DNA of 63,685 nt, counting the filler, from Chiloscyllium plagiosum (lineage: Eukaryota), in NCBI RefSeq assembly GCF_004010195.1. It is 4 parts of one record of this genome, joined end to end, with 100 filler letters (N's around TTAATTAATTAA, not from the genome) between each part and the next. Parts side by side here need not be neighbours in the genome. Positions count along the whole stretch, not along the records: positions 1 to 29,740 come from NC_057710.1; 3 more parts are not named here. One strand, 5' to 3'. Numbering within the stretch: the stretch's first letter is position 1; each line of letters opens with the position of its first letter. The notes beneath the pieces are model-generated. The model was not told where the DNA came from. It saw only the letters and a list, made by a program, of their open reading frames with translations, and made no database searches. Positions 1 to 14,600 of the stretch are shown piece after piece. Made by a program: the position numbers and the translations under genes.

Positions 1-470
1 ATCCATTCGATCTGATAAGATTCGCATCCAACAGTATATATGGCGGATATAATCCGCAGTAACCCTTAAACTCTCTTTCAACTCCCACATCTGACAAGAA
101 GTACATATCACTGCAAAGGTCATTTTTGCTCCTTCACAATCTACAGACCCAGAAAATAACACTGTCTTGTTCCTCTACAAATACTGCCCCAGGTTAAATT
201 AATAGCTATGGCTTTATATTTTAAGTTTAATCAAAAGACTTATCTCCAAAAACATATAATCAAGAAAGAATCCACTATACTCACTACTGCAGCCTTTCTC
301 TTGGACAGACTTAAAACAACAATTAACTTATCTGATTCTGTGCTGTGAACTTCGCCCAACAGTTCCTCCAAGATTAGTTGTGAAATTCACTGTTTGTTCA
401 ATTCCTTCAAGATTAGTTGTGAATTTCATGGTTTGTTAATTTTCCCAGATGCACTCTGATGTCCAGCGAT
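1..470 (-). mobile_element. CR1 LINE 5' UTR and start of ORF1 (zinc-finger N-terminus)
   Basis: Minus-strand ATG at 123 reads MTFAVICTSCQMWELKESLRVTADYIRHIYCW; closely similar copy at 60123-60670. Confidence 0.75.
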
Positions 471-473
471 GTA

Positions 474-1310
474 CTATATGGCTGGACAAGTTGAGTTTCT
501 GATCAATGGCAACCCCAGGATGTTGATCGTGGGGAAATTCAGTGATGGTAACACAATTGAATGTCAGGGGTAGTGGTTAGATTGTCTCTTATTGGAGATT
601 GTCATTGCCTGGCATCAATGTTACTTGCCACTTGTCAGCCCAAGCCTGGATATTGTCCAGATCTTGTTGCATTTGAACATGGACTGTTTCACTACCAGAG
701 GATAGTGAATGGTGCTGAACATTGTGCAAGCATCAGTGAACCTCCCCATTTCTGACCTTATGGTAGAGAGAAAGTCATTGATGAAGCAGCTGAAGATGGT
801 TAGCCCTAAGGAACTCTTGCAGAGATGTCTTGGAGCTGACCACCAACAACCACAGCTATCTTCCTTTGTGCCAGGTATGACTCTGACCAGTGCAGGGAAA
901 GACTTTTGGCTCATTGAGTCAGCATCAGCCAGACCCAGACCCTACTCTAACACCACATTTACTATGGCTAACTCACTTAGCCTGCATTTCCCTAGACAGT
1001 ATGGACAATTTAACATGGCCAAACCACCTAAACTGCACATCTTTGGACTGTGGGAGAAAACAGGACCACGCAGAGGAAACCCATGCAGACACGGGGAGAA
1101 TGTGCAAACTCTACACGGGAGTGGTGTCACCTGAGGCTGGATTCAAACCCAGGTCTCTGGCACTGTGAGACAGCAGTGCTAACCACTGAGCCACCGTACT
1201 AGCTTGGCAGAGAGTTTGCCCCCGATCCCATTGATTCAAGTTTTGCTATGGCTCCACACTCGGTCAAGTGTAGCCTTGATGTCAACGGCTGTCGATATCA
1301 CACCTGAGAC
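474..1310 (-). mobile_element. Decayed RT fragment of a second CR1/L2-clade LINE family, interrupted by a SINE
   Basis: ORF 621..914(-) contains LGLTIFSCFINDFLSTIRSEMGRFTDA, a degenerate RT ...IND...FADD region; same family as 47380-48480. Confidence 0.75.
930..1197 (-). mobile_element. HE1-like V-SINE
   Basis: Reverse complement has a tRNA-like head (ggtggctcagtggttagcactgctg...ggtttgaatcc) and a V-domain (gagtttgcacattctccccgtgtctgcatgggtttcct). Confidence 0.85.
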
Positions 1311-1737
1311 CTTTGGTAAGAAATTGCTAACTTTGAATACTTGGTATCTTAATAATATTTGGATATGAACTTGTAGTGTAACCTATAAAGCTGCAGACCA
1401 AGAGCTGGAAAGTGGAATTAGGATGGCTTTTTGTTACCAGAACAGATGAAATAGCCTCCTGTGTAGAATATTTCTGCAGCTTAACCAAATCCCAGGACTG
1501 TTAACACATTTGACATTCGAGATTAAGTCACTGATGCTCACTTTGAGTTCAGTCAGGGCCATATATCTCTTGGATATATCGCTTGGATCTGAACTCGAGA
1601 GAGGAAGTGAGAGTAACTGCCCTTGATTTCCAGGTCACATTTAACCTGAGTGTGGCATCAAGGAGCTTTAGCAATATTAAGTGGGAATCAGGGGAAACTT
1701 CTCCACTGGCACAAAGGTTGTGGTTCTTAGAGGTCAT

Positions 1738-2007
1738 CATCCCACCATGGCAGATGGTAGAGTTTGCATTTGATAAAAAAAACCTGGGATTATGATATTA
1801 ATGATAATCCATACCGATTGTCAGGAAAAATCCTTCTGGTTCTGTCCTTTAGTGATGGAATCTGCCATCCTTACCTGGTCTGGCCTACATGTGACTCCAG
1901 ACTCTCAGCAATGTGTTTGACTCTTAACTCCTCTCTGGGCAATTGGGGATGAGCAATAAATGCTGGCCTAGCCAGTGACACCCTCATCCCATGAACGAAT
2001 AAAAAAA
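1738..2007 (+). mobile_element. SINE-like element with LINE-type 3' tail and A-rich end
   Basis: Ends gcaataaatgctggcctagccagtgacaccctcatcccatgaacgaataaaaaaa; a similar tail ends the LINE at about 48435-48485. Confidence 0.6.
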
Positions 2008-2538
2008 GTCAATCATCTTAGCTCGAGGACCTGTCTCCAGGAGTTCTTCAGTGAATGTCTAAGACACAACCATCTTCAGCCGCTTCACCAATGATTTGTC
2101 CCTGCATCATAAGGTCAAAATTTTAATGCCCACTGATGACTGCACAATGTTCAGCACCGTTTGTATCTGTAAAATACTGAAATTGATCATGTCCAAACAC
2201 AACAAGGCCTCCTAGCTTAGAGGTATAGCACCAACATTGCACCACAAGAACCCTACCACTGAGCAAGAAATATTTAACACATAAGTAAAAGCCCTATCAA
2301 CTGAGCTAAAGTGAGCAAATAATGCTCCATATTGAACTTAATAAAGCTATTTGTGATTACAAACAATTGGGATCGTTTTTGGAGTTGGTGGTTCTGCTTT
2401 AGAACCTCATTCGAAATCTGGATGCATATTGCTTTTAGGCACAGTAAACCACACAAAGAGCATATCCTGTATGTGCCTAATATGCTTGGTCCTATCTCAC
2501 TGACCACACTTCCAATTGATTCTTTTCTGTTATTGCAG

Positions 2539-2664
2539 GTGGTGGATTTGCTAGTGTCCATGTGCCGATCTGCTCTGGAATCTCCCAGAAAAGTAGTCAT
2601 TTTTGAGCCATATCCATCTGTAGTGGATCCCCTTGATCATCGGAGCCTGGCATTTAATCCTAGG
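2539..2664 (+). CDS. PARP8: PARP8 exon (126 nt, phase 0-0) [42 protein letters not shown]
   Basis: ttgcAG acceptor at 2537-2538; GTattt donor at 2665; lies inside ORF 2332..2688. Confidence 0.93.
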
Positions 2665-5600
2665 GTATTTTGCTTTTGCGTTAATTAACATCTGCTTAAT
2701 GACTGTCTAGTATATCACTGGTATCTGAATGATTACTTGGTATTAGGCCAATGACGTACAACATGGGAAAATGTGAATATGCCTACTTAAGCAGAAAAAT
2801 GGATAGAAATATCAGAATTCATTGTATAAAGGGATCTGTGTACTTATGAATTACAAAACATTAATACACAAGTGCAGCAAGTCATTAGGTAGGCATGTGG
2901 AATGATGGTGTTTATTTTAGTGACAACGGAATATAAAAGTAGGAATGTTTTATTGCGGGTAGTAATGAACTTTTTAAACACTTCATTTGACACTTGTCTA
3001 ATTATTGCATAGGGCAAAAGTGGAGTAGGATTGGCCTGCAAGACTGCAGATGCTGGAAACCAGAGTCTAGGCAGGCATCCTTGCAAGGGGATTTGTAGTT
3101 GGGTTAAAATCAACTAGGCAAAAGTGAGGACTGCAGATGCTGGAAACCATAGTCTAGATTGGAGTGGTGCTGGAAAAGCACAGCAGGTCAGGCATCATCC
3201 GAACGTCGATTCCTGAAGAAGGGCTCATGCCCGAAACGTCGATTCTCTTGCTCCTTGGATGCTGCCTGACCTGCTGCGCTTTTCCAGCAACACATTTTCA
3301 GCTCTGATCTCCAGCATCTGCAGTCCTCACTTTCTCCTCTGTAATCATATTGGTTGAATTGACATTTATACAGCCTAACTCTTAGCAATTGGTTTACATT
3401 TACATTGACCCACCATGTTTACAATTACCATCTCATCTCTAACCTCTCATTCCTCTCTGAGCTTCTTGAATGTATTGTTATCTCCCAAATCCATGTCAGC
3501 CTTTCCAGGAACCCAATCTTTGAATTCCTCCAATTCAATGTTTGGCCATTACATTATTGAAATAACTCTTATCAAAGGCACAAATGAATGTGACTATTCT
3601 AACTTATTCTTTTTAATCTGCATTCACCCTTAGACACTGTTGATGAGGATGCAGTTTTGACAAATATTTAATAATGAATGGGAATATGGATTTGGAGTAG
3701 GATGTTCAAATACTTGAAGGAACGTAAGAATTCTGTGTTGCGCAGATTGTTATCTGCAGAGTAGAGTTGATTAGCTGTATTGTGAAATGGATAGATCTGC
3801 CAAAGTTTATCTCAATTACTTTTGGTGATCTGAAGGGTTTTTTTATATCTCAATTCTCTCAGGATGATAAATAGATAGCATAAAGTTCACGGTAGAATAA
3901 TATGAATGTAAAATGTAGATAATAGCCTTTTTACATTCTTCCTTTAGGTTTTTATAAACCTAGTCACATTTAAATGAAAATGATTGCTCAGCATAAAAAT
4001 GCATACAAGTAGATTTCAGGAATAAGCTTAAATTTAATGTACTCAATTCAATTTATTTTACTTGCTCAAACTATTCACATTCACCAGAGAAATTTCTTTT
4101 TCAGCAGTGTATCTTGACTGCATTAAAATTAAGGCAGACTATCTTTACACTTGTTAGCCATCTATATAAGTCTGTATAAGTCCATTAAAAAGCTTAATGG
4201 AATTTTAAATTCTAGCACAATTGTTAAAGAATGTAAAAGCCAGGACATAATGGTGAGTCTATCTGCCTGACCTTAATAAGACTTTAATTAGAGAATTTTG
4301 TGTAGCATTGTCATTCTCATTTTAAGAAGATCCACTCAGCCAGGAAATCCAAATATAATGAAACACTTGAAAAGTTGGGAATTTCCTATTAGAACACAGA
4401 TTGTCAGTCAATATGACTATAATTTTTTTTAATTGTAAAGGATGAAGCAGGACGATTAGCACTAGATGTTTGCTAATAGTTTAGGATCTAGAACTAGGAA
4501 CTATGAATGACATGTATAAGGTTTAGAATGGGGAACAAGAGAACATTTTCTTCACTAATAGTTAAGGGTTTGTGTAATGTACTTTGTGTTAGTCTCTGGT
4601 GCAGAAAAAGTGGGCTGGACCCAATGGAAGTTCCACATCCATTTCTGACAGCTTCCATTTTTACTAATAGGGGAAGGTGGACGAGGTATGATTCACATAG
4701 ATGGGAAACCAGAATTCAACAGAGCTATGTGTACATAAGTTCAAAGACACCCCATTTTGACTTTTGCAACAATCTTATTCCACAATACGAGAGTCACAAA
4801 TGGGCTAACTGCTCTTTAGGATGGATATGAACTGTCTAACACTCCCCATTTGAAGTTTTTTTTAAAATTTTTTCTTTTTGAATTGTTTAAAAATAAAGTT
4901 GTAACTATAAGTTTGTTACTGCTAAAATATATCTCTGGACCACTTTGTATTGAGAGATCAATTGGTGTATTTTCTGTTCATATAGTTTCAATAAAGTTCT
5001 TAGAAGAAAGAACAAAGATAATTTCAGTACAGGAACAGGCCCTCTGGCCCTCCATGCCTGCACCGATCCAGATCCTCTATCTAAACCTGCCACCTATTTT
5101 CTTGTTGACACTTTTTGTCAAGTATACTCATTATGAATGCTTGACTGAATTTCAAAAGTTGTACCATCTCAGCATGTTTCTGAGTTCACATTTTGATTGA
5201 CAACTAAAGGAATTAGGAGAAAGTGAGGACTGCAGATGCTGGAGAGTCAGAGTTGAAAAGTATGGCACTAGAAAAACACAGCAGGGTCAGAGAGCATCCA
5301 CAGAGCAGGAGAGATGACGTTTCGGGCCTAAGCCCTTTATCAGGTTTGTGCCCAAAGCTCTTTGGAAGTGCCTGACCTGCTGTGCTTTTCCAACACCACA
5401 TTTTTCAACTAAAGAGGTTAGTAAAGGATTAAGAGTATGAACAGAAAAATATTAGTTTCATCAGTGATTAGTTGTTTGACATTTAAAAGTTTGGAAGTTG
5501 TCATGAGGAGCTTTTGCTTTCCATGATATAGGGAGGCTGCATTAAACCTAAGTGTTCGTTTGGAGGTATACGTTGGCATGGAGTCTGAGAGGTCATGGTG

Positions 5601-8600
5601 GTAGGTGGTGGGAAATGAAGGTCCAAAGAACAGAGGTCTCCTTGACAGTCATGTCCTCCTAGCATTCGTGAGTTAGGTCAGCAGACATGACTTCATTACA
5701 AAGCTGGACCCAACACCTCTACCCCAACCAGAAGCAAAAGCCTTGTGATTCGGAACTTTCTTATCGAGGCAGTTCCAGAAAATCGGGTAATGTCTTGACT
5801 CAGACTTGACAGGTCGAATGACAAAAGAGCTGGTGGGAGAATCTAGAGTCAGAAGTCACTCATTAAAAATAAGGGGCTGTACCTTGTAAGATAAGCGATG
5901 AGGAGAATTATTTCCTCTTCCTGAGAGTTGAGAGTCCCTGGTAAACTCTCCTGCATCTTCTTTGAATACTTGTAAAGCTGAAGGAAATAGATTTTTGATA
6001 AGTAAAAGACTGAAAGATTATCAGGGGTTTGCAGGAATATGGAGTTGAGGTTAAAATAAAATCAGTGGAATAAATTCAAAGGGCTGAGTGACCTTACCCT
6101 GCTCTTGATTCATATGTTTGTATATTCTTCCCTCTGTCGCCAAAATTACTGTAGCAATGTGCAAGATTAGATTGGTGTATAGGTGCAATAGGTGGGGGTG
6201 AGTAAATACAGTCATATCTAAGTGTGAAACAGCAACATCGAGGGGTAAATGATCTGATTCAGTTTCACAACTGTGATGCAATATTATGCATTTGAAACAG
6301 AATTAAGGCACCTTACTATTGTTAACCATCATCTTGCCTATATTGTAATCTCTGTGCTAAAATGTCTTTCTTATTTTTAACCAGAAAAAAGATTATGAAC
6401 GATTAGTTAAAGCACTGGACAGCATCACATCCATCAGGGAAATGACCCAGGTAAGCCCCAAAGCTTTAGACTGCATTCACTGGGACCAAAGCTACATCTA
6501 TCAACATTCAAAATAACTAGGGATACAGGGGAGGTCCAGTTCCAAAAACTCGAAATCTTCTTGGAAAATCCACTCAAGAAGGTGACCAATCAGAAAAGAC
6601 CTTTTATAAAGAGACTGGAAGGAAATAGTGAGGAGCCTATCAGCAACAATCATGGGAGAGATCCAACCTGTGGTTGGACAAACAATGTGAGTGGAGGCAG
6701 TCAGCAAGGTCAGGAGAACGGGGGTAGGATCAGGAAGTCATGTCAATGGGTAGGGGAGCAAAACTGGTCAGCAAGACAAGTGAAGTTCGGAATGGGGTCA
6801 AGAGGTGTGAGTTTGGGGGGCTATGGGTGCAGATGTGCACTGGCTAGATGAAAGCTATGATGTGGAGGTGCCAGTGTTGGATTGGGATGGACAAAGTCAG
6901 AAGTCACATGACATCAGTTTATAGTCCAACAGGTCACCAGATGAAGGAACAGCACTCCAAAAGCTTGTGATTTCAAATAAACCTGTTGGACTCTTACCTG
7001 GTGTCATGTGACTTCTGACTTAGATAAAAGCTGTAAGACTTCAGAAGCTTACACATGGGGGAAAATATAGTAGACGTTGATTGTGATGAAAGCTATGCCA
7101 GTTCTATAATTTAACATTTTATAAAAATTTGGATTTATTTATTCTCATATCATAAAGTGTCTTACATACCTGAGATGCAGTGACAGTGTTAGAATAATGC
7201 ATGCAATGATTTAGCTGTGACCTTGCCAATCTGTGAAGACCGTGGTTAGGGTGATGACATTTTTGTGTATGGAAGTGTAGTCTAAAAAGTGCTTGTTGCT
7301 AATGTAGGCCTGCTGTCATGTGCAAATTAAAAAGTTGTTGGATCTAGGAAATTAATGCTTTTCTTGTTTGTTGTGGTTTTAAGTGAAAATAGCAGTGATG
7401 ATTATTGGGGAGATTGATGAATTCTTCTAATTCTGCTTCTGTGAGAGTCCAAATTGCTATATATCAATACAAAAAGGAATGGTAAATCTCAAAGGGTGAT
7501 TCACTTGATAATATTACTACTAATTGATTGTATAATCTTATGGAGGAATTAGTGAGACTGAGAAAGAAGTTCCTGAAAACCAATAAGTAATAATTGCGAA
7601 ATCTCAAGAGGAGCCTTTGAGAAAAACTATTTTGAGCCTTACTGCTATAATCAGCATGTATTGTAAACTATAAAAAGGAAAACTCTGCAAAAGTAGTTTT
7701 TGTTCTAATTTTCTTCATCACTAAGAAAATATATTTGTCTCTGGCTACAAAATATTATCAAGTGAATCACCCTTTGAGATTTACCATTCCTTAACCCTTT
7801 AAAAATTTCACAGGTGCTGAATGTTTTGTGAAAAGGACACTATTACTAACATTGTAGCCTGTATTTTATAACAGAAACAGAGAAAATAGGAGCAGCTGGA
7901 TGATCATCCAACTCAATACCCTGATCTCACTTTCCGCCCATATGCCTTGATCCCTTTAAGCCCAAATGCTAACCCAACTCCTTCTTGAAATCATACAATG
8001 TTTTGACCTCGATTCCTTTCTGTGGTAATGAATTCCACAGACTCGCCACTCTCTGGGCAAGGAGAAAGTGAGGATTGCAGATGCTGGAGATCAGAGTTAA
8101 AAAGTATGGCACTGGAAAAGCACAGCCGATCAGGAAGCATCCGAGGTGCAGGAGAGTTAATGTTTCAGGCATATTCCTGATGACGGCTTTATGCCTGAAA
8201 CGTCAGCTCTCCTGCTTGTTGGATGCTGCCTGACCTGATCTGCTTTTCCAGCACCACACTTTTTGACTCTGGGCGAATCCAAGGAAACTTTTATAGAACT
8301 ATCAAATCTCAAAATATGATCTCGTTGAGTGATTATATATAAAAATTCAGCAAATAATGTGACTTTGAGAATTAAGGCAAATCCAAGTTGATATTAATTC
8401 TCATCTAAGGAAAAAAAATTGACAATGAATGATTTCAAGCATTGTTGGTTGTATATTGCTGCTCCCTATTTTATCAATTGCATAGCAGCCTCAGAGAGAA
8501 TTAGAACAAACATGCAAATCTTCATGAGGTGGTGCACTTAGATATTTTACACAAATATGAGAAATATATTCAACCAAATTAACCTGCTTTAAGTGTTCAC

Positions 8601-11600
8601 ATTTCCTGTTTTTGAAAGTCTTTTCATTTTCTCAATTCACACATGATGCTTCCTTTCTCTTTGTAATGTTACATTGGCAATTTTCTGATCCCACCTAATC
8701 ACTACCTTTGTTTTTCTCTTTCCATGTATGTGTTATCTTCTTCCCTCAGTTGGTCCCTTTCTATAAGCTATTCACCTGTAATTACTTCCAGTTCTGATGC
8801 AGAACTATGCTTGAAAAATTAAAACTTAACCTTCCTTTATAGTTGCTGCCTTTCTTGCTGAATATTTACAGCATTTTTTTGTTTATGTTTGAAAATCTAT
8901 TTATTGCTGCAGTCTCTTATAGAGCACTGGAGTAAGGTACTTTGAACAAGAGATATTGTCTCAGACTTACAAGAACTACTTGCGTTTCTATAGCATCTTT
9001 AAGGTAGTCAAATATTCCAAGGTGTCACTTTTATATTTTGCATAAAGTGCATTCATTTTGTTTTGTGCACTGTTTTTGTGTTTTCCAACCAAATGTTTTA
9101 TGCAAATAGCTAATGGCCTGTGACCAGTGGTGTGTGGCAAGGATCGGTGCTAGGTCCAATGCTTTTTGTCATTTACACAAATGATTTGGATGTGAACATA
9201 GTTAGTAAGTTTGCAAATGATACCAAAATTGGAGGTGTAGTGGACAGACAGGAAATTTACCTCAGAGTACAACAAGACCTTGATCAGATGGGCAGGTAGG
9301 CCAAGGAGTGGCAGATGGAGTTTAATTTAGATAAATGTGAGGTACTGCATTTTCGAAAGGCAAATCAAGGCAGGATTTATATGCTTAATAGTAATATGCT
9401 GAACAAAGAGACCTTGGAGTGCAAGTGCATAGTTCCTTGAAAGTGGAGTCACAGGTAAATATGAAATGAAGAAAGCTTTTGGTATGCTTTCCTTTATTGG
9501 TCAGAGCAAGTTGGGATGTCATGTTCTGGCTGAAAAGTACGTTGGTTGGGCCACTTTTGGAATATTGCATACAATTCTGGTCTCCCTGCTTTCGGAAGGA
9601 TGTTGTGAAACTTGAAAGGGTTTCAAAAAGATTTCAAAGGATGTTGCCAGGGTGGAGGGTTTGAGCTATAGGGAGAGGCTGAATAGGCTGGGGCTATTTT
9701 CCCTGGAGCATTGAAGATTGAGGGGTGTCCTAATGGAAGTTTATGAAGTCATGAGACATGAATTGGGAGAACAGAGTTCAGAACTACAATTTAAGATGAG
9801 AGGGGAAAGATTTAAAAGGGACGTAAGGGGCAACTTTTTCACACAGAGGATGGTGTTGCCAGAGGATGAGTTGGAGGCTAGTTCAATAACAACAGACATT
9901 ATATGGTTATATGAATAGGAAGGTTTTAGAGGGATATGGGCCAAATGCTGGCAAATGGGACAAGATTAATTAAGGATGTCTGGTCGGTACGGATGAGTTG
10001 AACGAAGGGTCTGTTTCTGTGCTGTACAGCTCCATGACTGTATGTCTAGATTATACTAGAATCATGCATATTTTCCTAGAGAATGTTCCCTATTCCATTC
10101 CGCTCCAATAATTTTGTTAGCTCCTACCAGTGATGTTACATGCTGCACTAAAATTGTAAGGCAATGTCTGCACTATACAATGTGATCATAGCAGTCCCTT
10201 TGTGGAATATGAAGGGGCTGCACTTACTAAAATCTTTCATTTCATCTTTATTTAAGTGTTTTCTGGATGTAACCCAGACAGTTCTGCAGGGAGACAAGTG
10301 TTGAACTATAAAGGCCAATGTATTAAGAGATCTTCACACTTTTAGTAGATCCATTAAAATGATGATTAAATTAAATGCAATAAAATCATTGTGGAGGTGA
10401 CATTAAATAGAACATGTCATGGTCAGATGGCAATGAAGATGTTGATTTCCATGCTTGCTGCTGACTCAGTAATTTTATGCTCTGTAGCAGCTTGGGGCAT
10501 GTCCTTTGTATAATATAGTGATTATTAACAAGATAGAAGGCTGTTATGTCTGATACAATAAGAGAAAATCTGAACTTAAACAGAAAACACTAGATATACA
10601 TAAAAAATCTCTCAGCATCTGGACAGAGGTAAATAATCTTGTGAGCATGTGGGCTTTTAATGAATTTCAAAAATATTAATTTAGCTGTTGATGTTTTGGT
10701 GAGATGTGTGTATATATTCATTGGCTGCTATTTGTAATACAATATATTGTGATGCTTTGGTCACAATTGAGCACATCAGGTGCAACGGGAAAAATAAAAA
10801 CACTATGCAGCACTTTTCACTGTATTTTGTAACAATATGCATGCAACAGTAAATAAATCAAATCAAATGTTTATTTTCTTCTAAAATTTCAATAGGCACC
10901 ATACTTGGAAATCAAGAAACAAATGGACAAGCAGGATCCTCTGGCACATCCTCTGTTACAATGGTACTTTTATTTAAGCATTAAATGATAAAATCTCATG
11001 GAACAAATAAGAATGTTTCCTGTAACCCCTTCAGTTTAGCCTGCTCAGAGTTGAGGACTTGAACCAATCTGACTACAGATGGTTCTTGTATAAAGCGTGT
11101 TTTGTCAGCGAGGTTTGGCTATAACATCACTGAAGAATTAGAGAACAGTGTTTTCGAGAACACTTACCACTGTTTGCACTAGCCTGATTCCAGCAGCAAT
11201 TGGTTCGCATGCTTTGTTCTACCCATACGCTGATGTCAGCGCTGAAGTCTCTGCGCTGTTCTGCGCATGTGCCAATGTCAGCTGCCATCAGAGCATGTGT
11301 GAGTTATAGTACCATACTTTGAGCAGCTTCATCTCAAAAATTAAACTCACGAATGTTCATCGGTCTCCCTGTGAGTCAAGAATATTCTAGCACAATTCGT
11401 GTATAAGACCCATATAATTCCTGTTGGATTGCATTACTCTTATCCATAATATTTGCCTTTCTGATTTGATTTTGTACTTGCATATCACACAATCAAAACC
11501 AACCCCCAAGAAACAGTCAGAAGACAATCAGCCACAGCCTTCCACTTCTGCAGCCACAACTACACCTGAAGGTGGTGATGACGATGACCCTCTATCCCTT

Positions 11601-14600
11601 CAATAATAATATTTTTTCAATGTAATGTGTTAAATTTACTTCTATTTTGTTATTAAATATGATTTAAACCTCCGTTCAGGCTCTTCTATACTTTATGTTA
11701 GGCTTTTGGATGATTTTTGAGCAATCGTTGGTGTTTTTGTTTGCTGGTCTGCCCCTAAGCCCATTTGCCCCATTGTTTCTATTTAGCAAAGCTTCTCTGG
11801 AACGCAACTATGACATTATAGGAGAACTACCAGTACAGTAATACATATTTCTTACATTTCCTCATTTCCCCTGTCCAATCAGATTTGGTCCATTAAATAA
11901 ATCTTTTTTTGTTTACAAGTGATTTGAGGAGAGATAATCTACGAGTTACGCTGAAAAGTCATTTTTTGCAGTCCAATTTTCTGATCCTCCCTGATAGTAG
12001 ACACACTGCCTTATTTCCATGGAACATTTTCCTGTTTATGTTGCTGCATACCTTTCCTTTAAGAACAACTGTTTCTGATATTATAGTCACATAGACAAAT
12101 CACTTTGATTGCGCAACAAGGTGCTTTTGTTAAATTTCCCTTGATAACCAGGAGGTCTGTTAATTATTTGTCTTTCTTTATTATCATGTTGAAATTACTG
12201 ATTCAAGGATGCAAAATTATACATTGTTTCTGTTTTAACCAGGATAATTTCCAGTAACAGATCCCATATTGTAAAATTACCTGCAAACAGGGTAAGTGAC
12301 TTGATCATAGTATCCAAGATGAAATGTTGTATTTGCGAGAAAATAATTTTGTTTGCAGACCTGTGAATATAGAAATCAGTGATTATTCTACTCTCTGTTG
12401 ACTTTTTAACTAGATGGGATGCATCCCATATAATGCATAGACCAGTTTGGGAAAGGAACATTGCCTTGTTAGATATCCACAGTTCTGTAGCTGTAGCAGA
12501 GCAGCATGACACCTGCTTAGTTATGTAATTCATTCATGGAATGCAAGTATCTCTGATAAATCCAACATTAATTTTCAATGTCTACCTGTTCTCGAAGGTG
12601 ATGGTCAATGGCATTCTTAAATTGTATTATAATTTGTACACTCTGAAAGTATTGTAATGGAGGGACTTGCAACTTTTTAGGTGCAGTGACATTGAATGCT
12701 GGTATAATTACAAGTCAAGATGATGGGAGATTTGAAGGGGAATTTTCATGTGATGAGGTTTTTTGGTCTTTGGTCCTTCAAGCCAAAGTGATTGAAGTTG
12801 ATGTGGCGGTTTTAATGAAAACATAAAGCATTATGATAATGGTGGCCCGATTGGTATGCTTTTCCAGAAATTTTGAACTGACCCTCAATCCCTTTCACCT
12901 CCTTAGCTATACCACAATATCCTCTGAACTTTGGGATATTAAGGGATAGATAAGATAGGATAAGGAGAAAAAGGGAGGCTCCTGACAGACAGAGGGCTTA
13001 AAACAGCAAAAGCCTGAGAGGAGTACTGAATTTGAAAGAGGGAACTTAAAAAGATTAGTTGAACTAAAATGATACATGAAAGGATTAGAGCAGATAAAAT
13101 AAAGGCAAATCCTCAAATAAGGATAATGAGGGAAAGTATAGAACTCATTAAAGACGACAGCAGCAATTTGTGCATGGAGACAGAGGATGTAGTTACATTT
13201 CTAAATGAATACTTTGTAAGGGATGATGAAGGTGTAGAAGTTAAGTAGAAGAACTGTGGTACAACTAAAGAAGTTAGCATAGACAGAGGGGAGGACAGGA
13301 TTAAAACTGGATAAATCTTTAGGGCTGGATAAAATCAGTCCCAGATTGTTGAGTGATGCAGGGGAGGAAATAGCAGGGACACTTGCAAAATTGATCAATT
13401 CCACTTGACACAGGAGAGATGCTGGAGGACTGGAGTACCACCAATGTGGTACCATTGTTAAAGAAGGGAGCAAGAAATAAATTAGGACATGGCAGATTGG
13501 TCAGTCTAACCTCAATGGCAAGGAACTATTGGAAGCAATTCTGAGGGACTGAATTATTCTGCACTTGGAGAAGCAGGGAATAATCAAGGATAGTCAGCAT
13601 GGGTTTTCTCAAAGAGAAGTCATGTCTGACCAGCTTGACTGAATTTTTCAAAGAGGTGACCTGAGGTGTATAGATGAGGGCAATGCATTGGATATAGTCT
13701 ACTTAGGCTTCAGCAAGGCTTTTGATAAGGTCAGACATGGGAGATGGATAGTGAAGGTAAGAGCCTATGGGATCCAAGGAAAATGGCAAAGTGGATCCAA
13801 ATTGGCTGAATTGCAGAGAGCAGAGGGTGATGGTTGAGGGGTGTTTTTGTGATTGGAAGTCTGTGTCCATTGGATTTCACAGGGGTCAGTGTTAGGACTC
13901 TTGCTGTTTGTGGTTTATATAAATGACTTAGAAAAAAATGTTGCAGGGTTGATCAATAGGTTCGTGAAGGATATCAGAAATTGTTAGGTTGGAAACAATG
14001 AGGAGGGTAACCGTGTATTACATGGACGGGCTGGTCAGATAGGTTGAGAGTATGGTGCTGGAAAAGCGCAGCAGGTCTGGCAGCATCCGAGGAGCAGGGA
14101 AATCAACATTTTGGACATAAGCTCTTCATTAGGCTTATGCCCAAAATGTCAATTCTCCTACTCCAGCATCTGCAGTCCTCACTTTCCACTGGTCAGATGA
14201 GTTGATCAGTATAAATAGAATTCAATCAAGATACAGTGAGAGAATGCATTTCTGCAGAACAATCAAGACAAGGGGATACATGCTAAATGGGAGGACTGTG
14301 GGAAGCACCAAGAATCAGAGGACCTCTTAAGGTTTCAGGAACAGGTGAATAAAGTGGTTAAGATGGCATATGGGATATTTGCTTTTCATAGGTAAGACAT
14401 AGAGTTTAAAAGCAGGGACGTTATGTGAAAACTGTATAAAACGTTAGGCCACATCTATATTGGATGCAGTTTTGGAATCCATGTTATTGGTGGGATGTAA
14501 TTGCACTGGAGAGGGTGCAGAGGAGATTTACCTGGATGTGCCCTGGGCTGGAGAGTCTCACTTACAAAAAGACATTGAACAAACTGGGATTGTTTTTCTG

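Noticed and set aside
1120..1197. tRNA-like sequences on the minus strand (also near 16610-16668, 26110-26185 and 43350-43420)
   Set aside because: These are SINE heads continuous with V-domain and tail, not tRNA genes.
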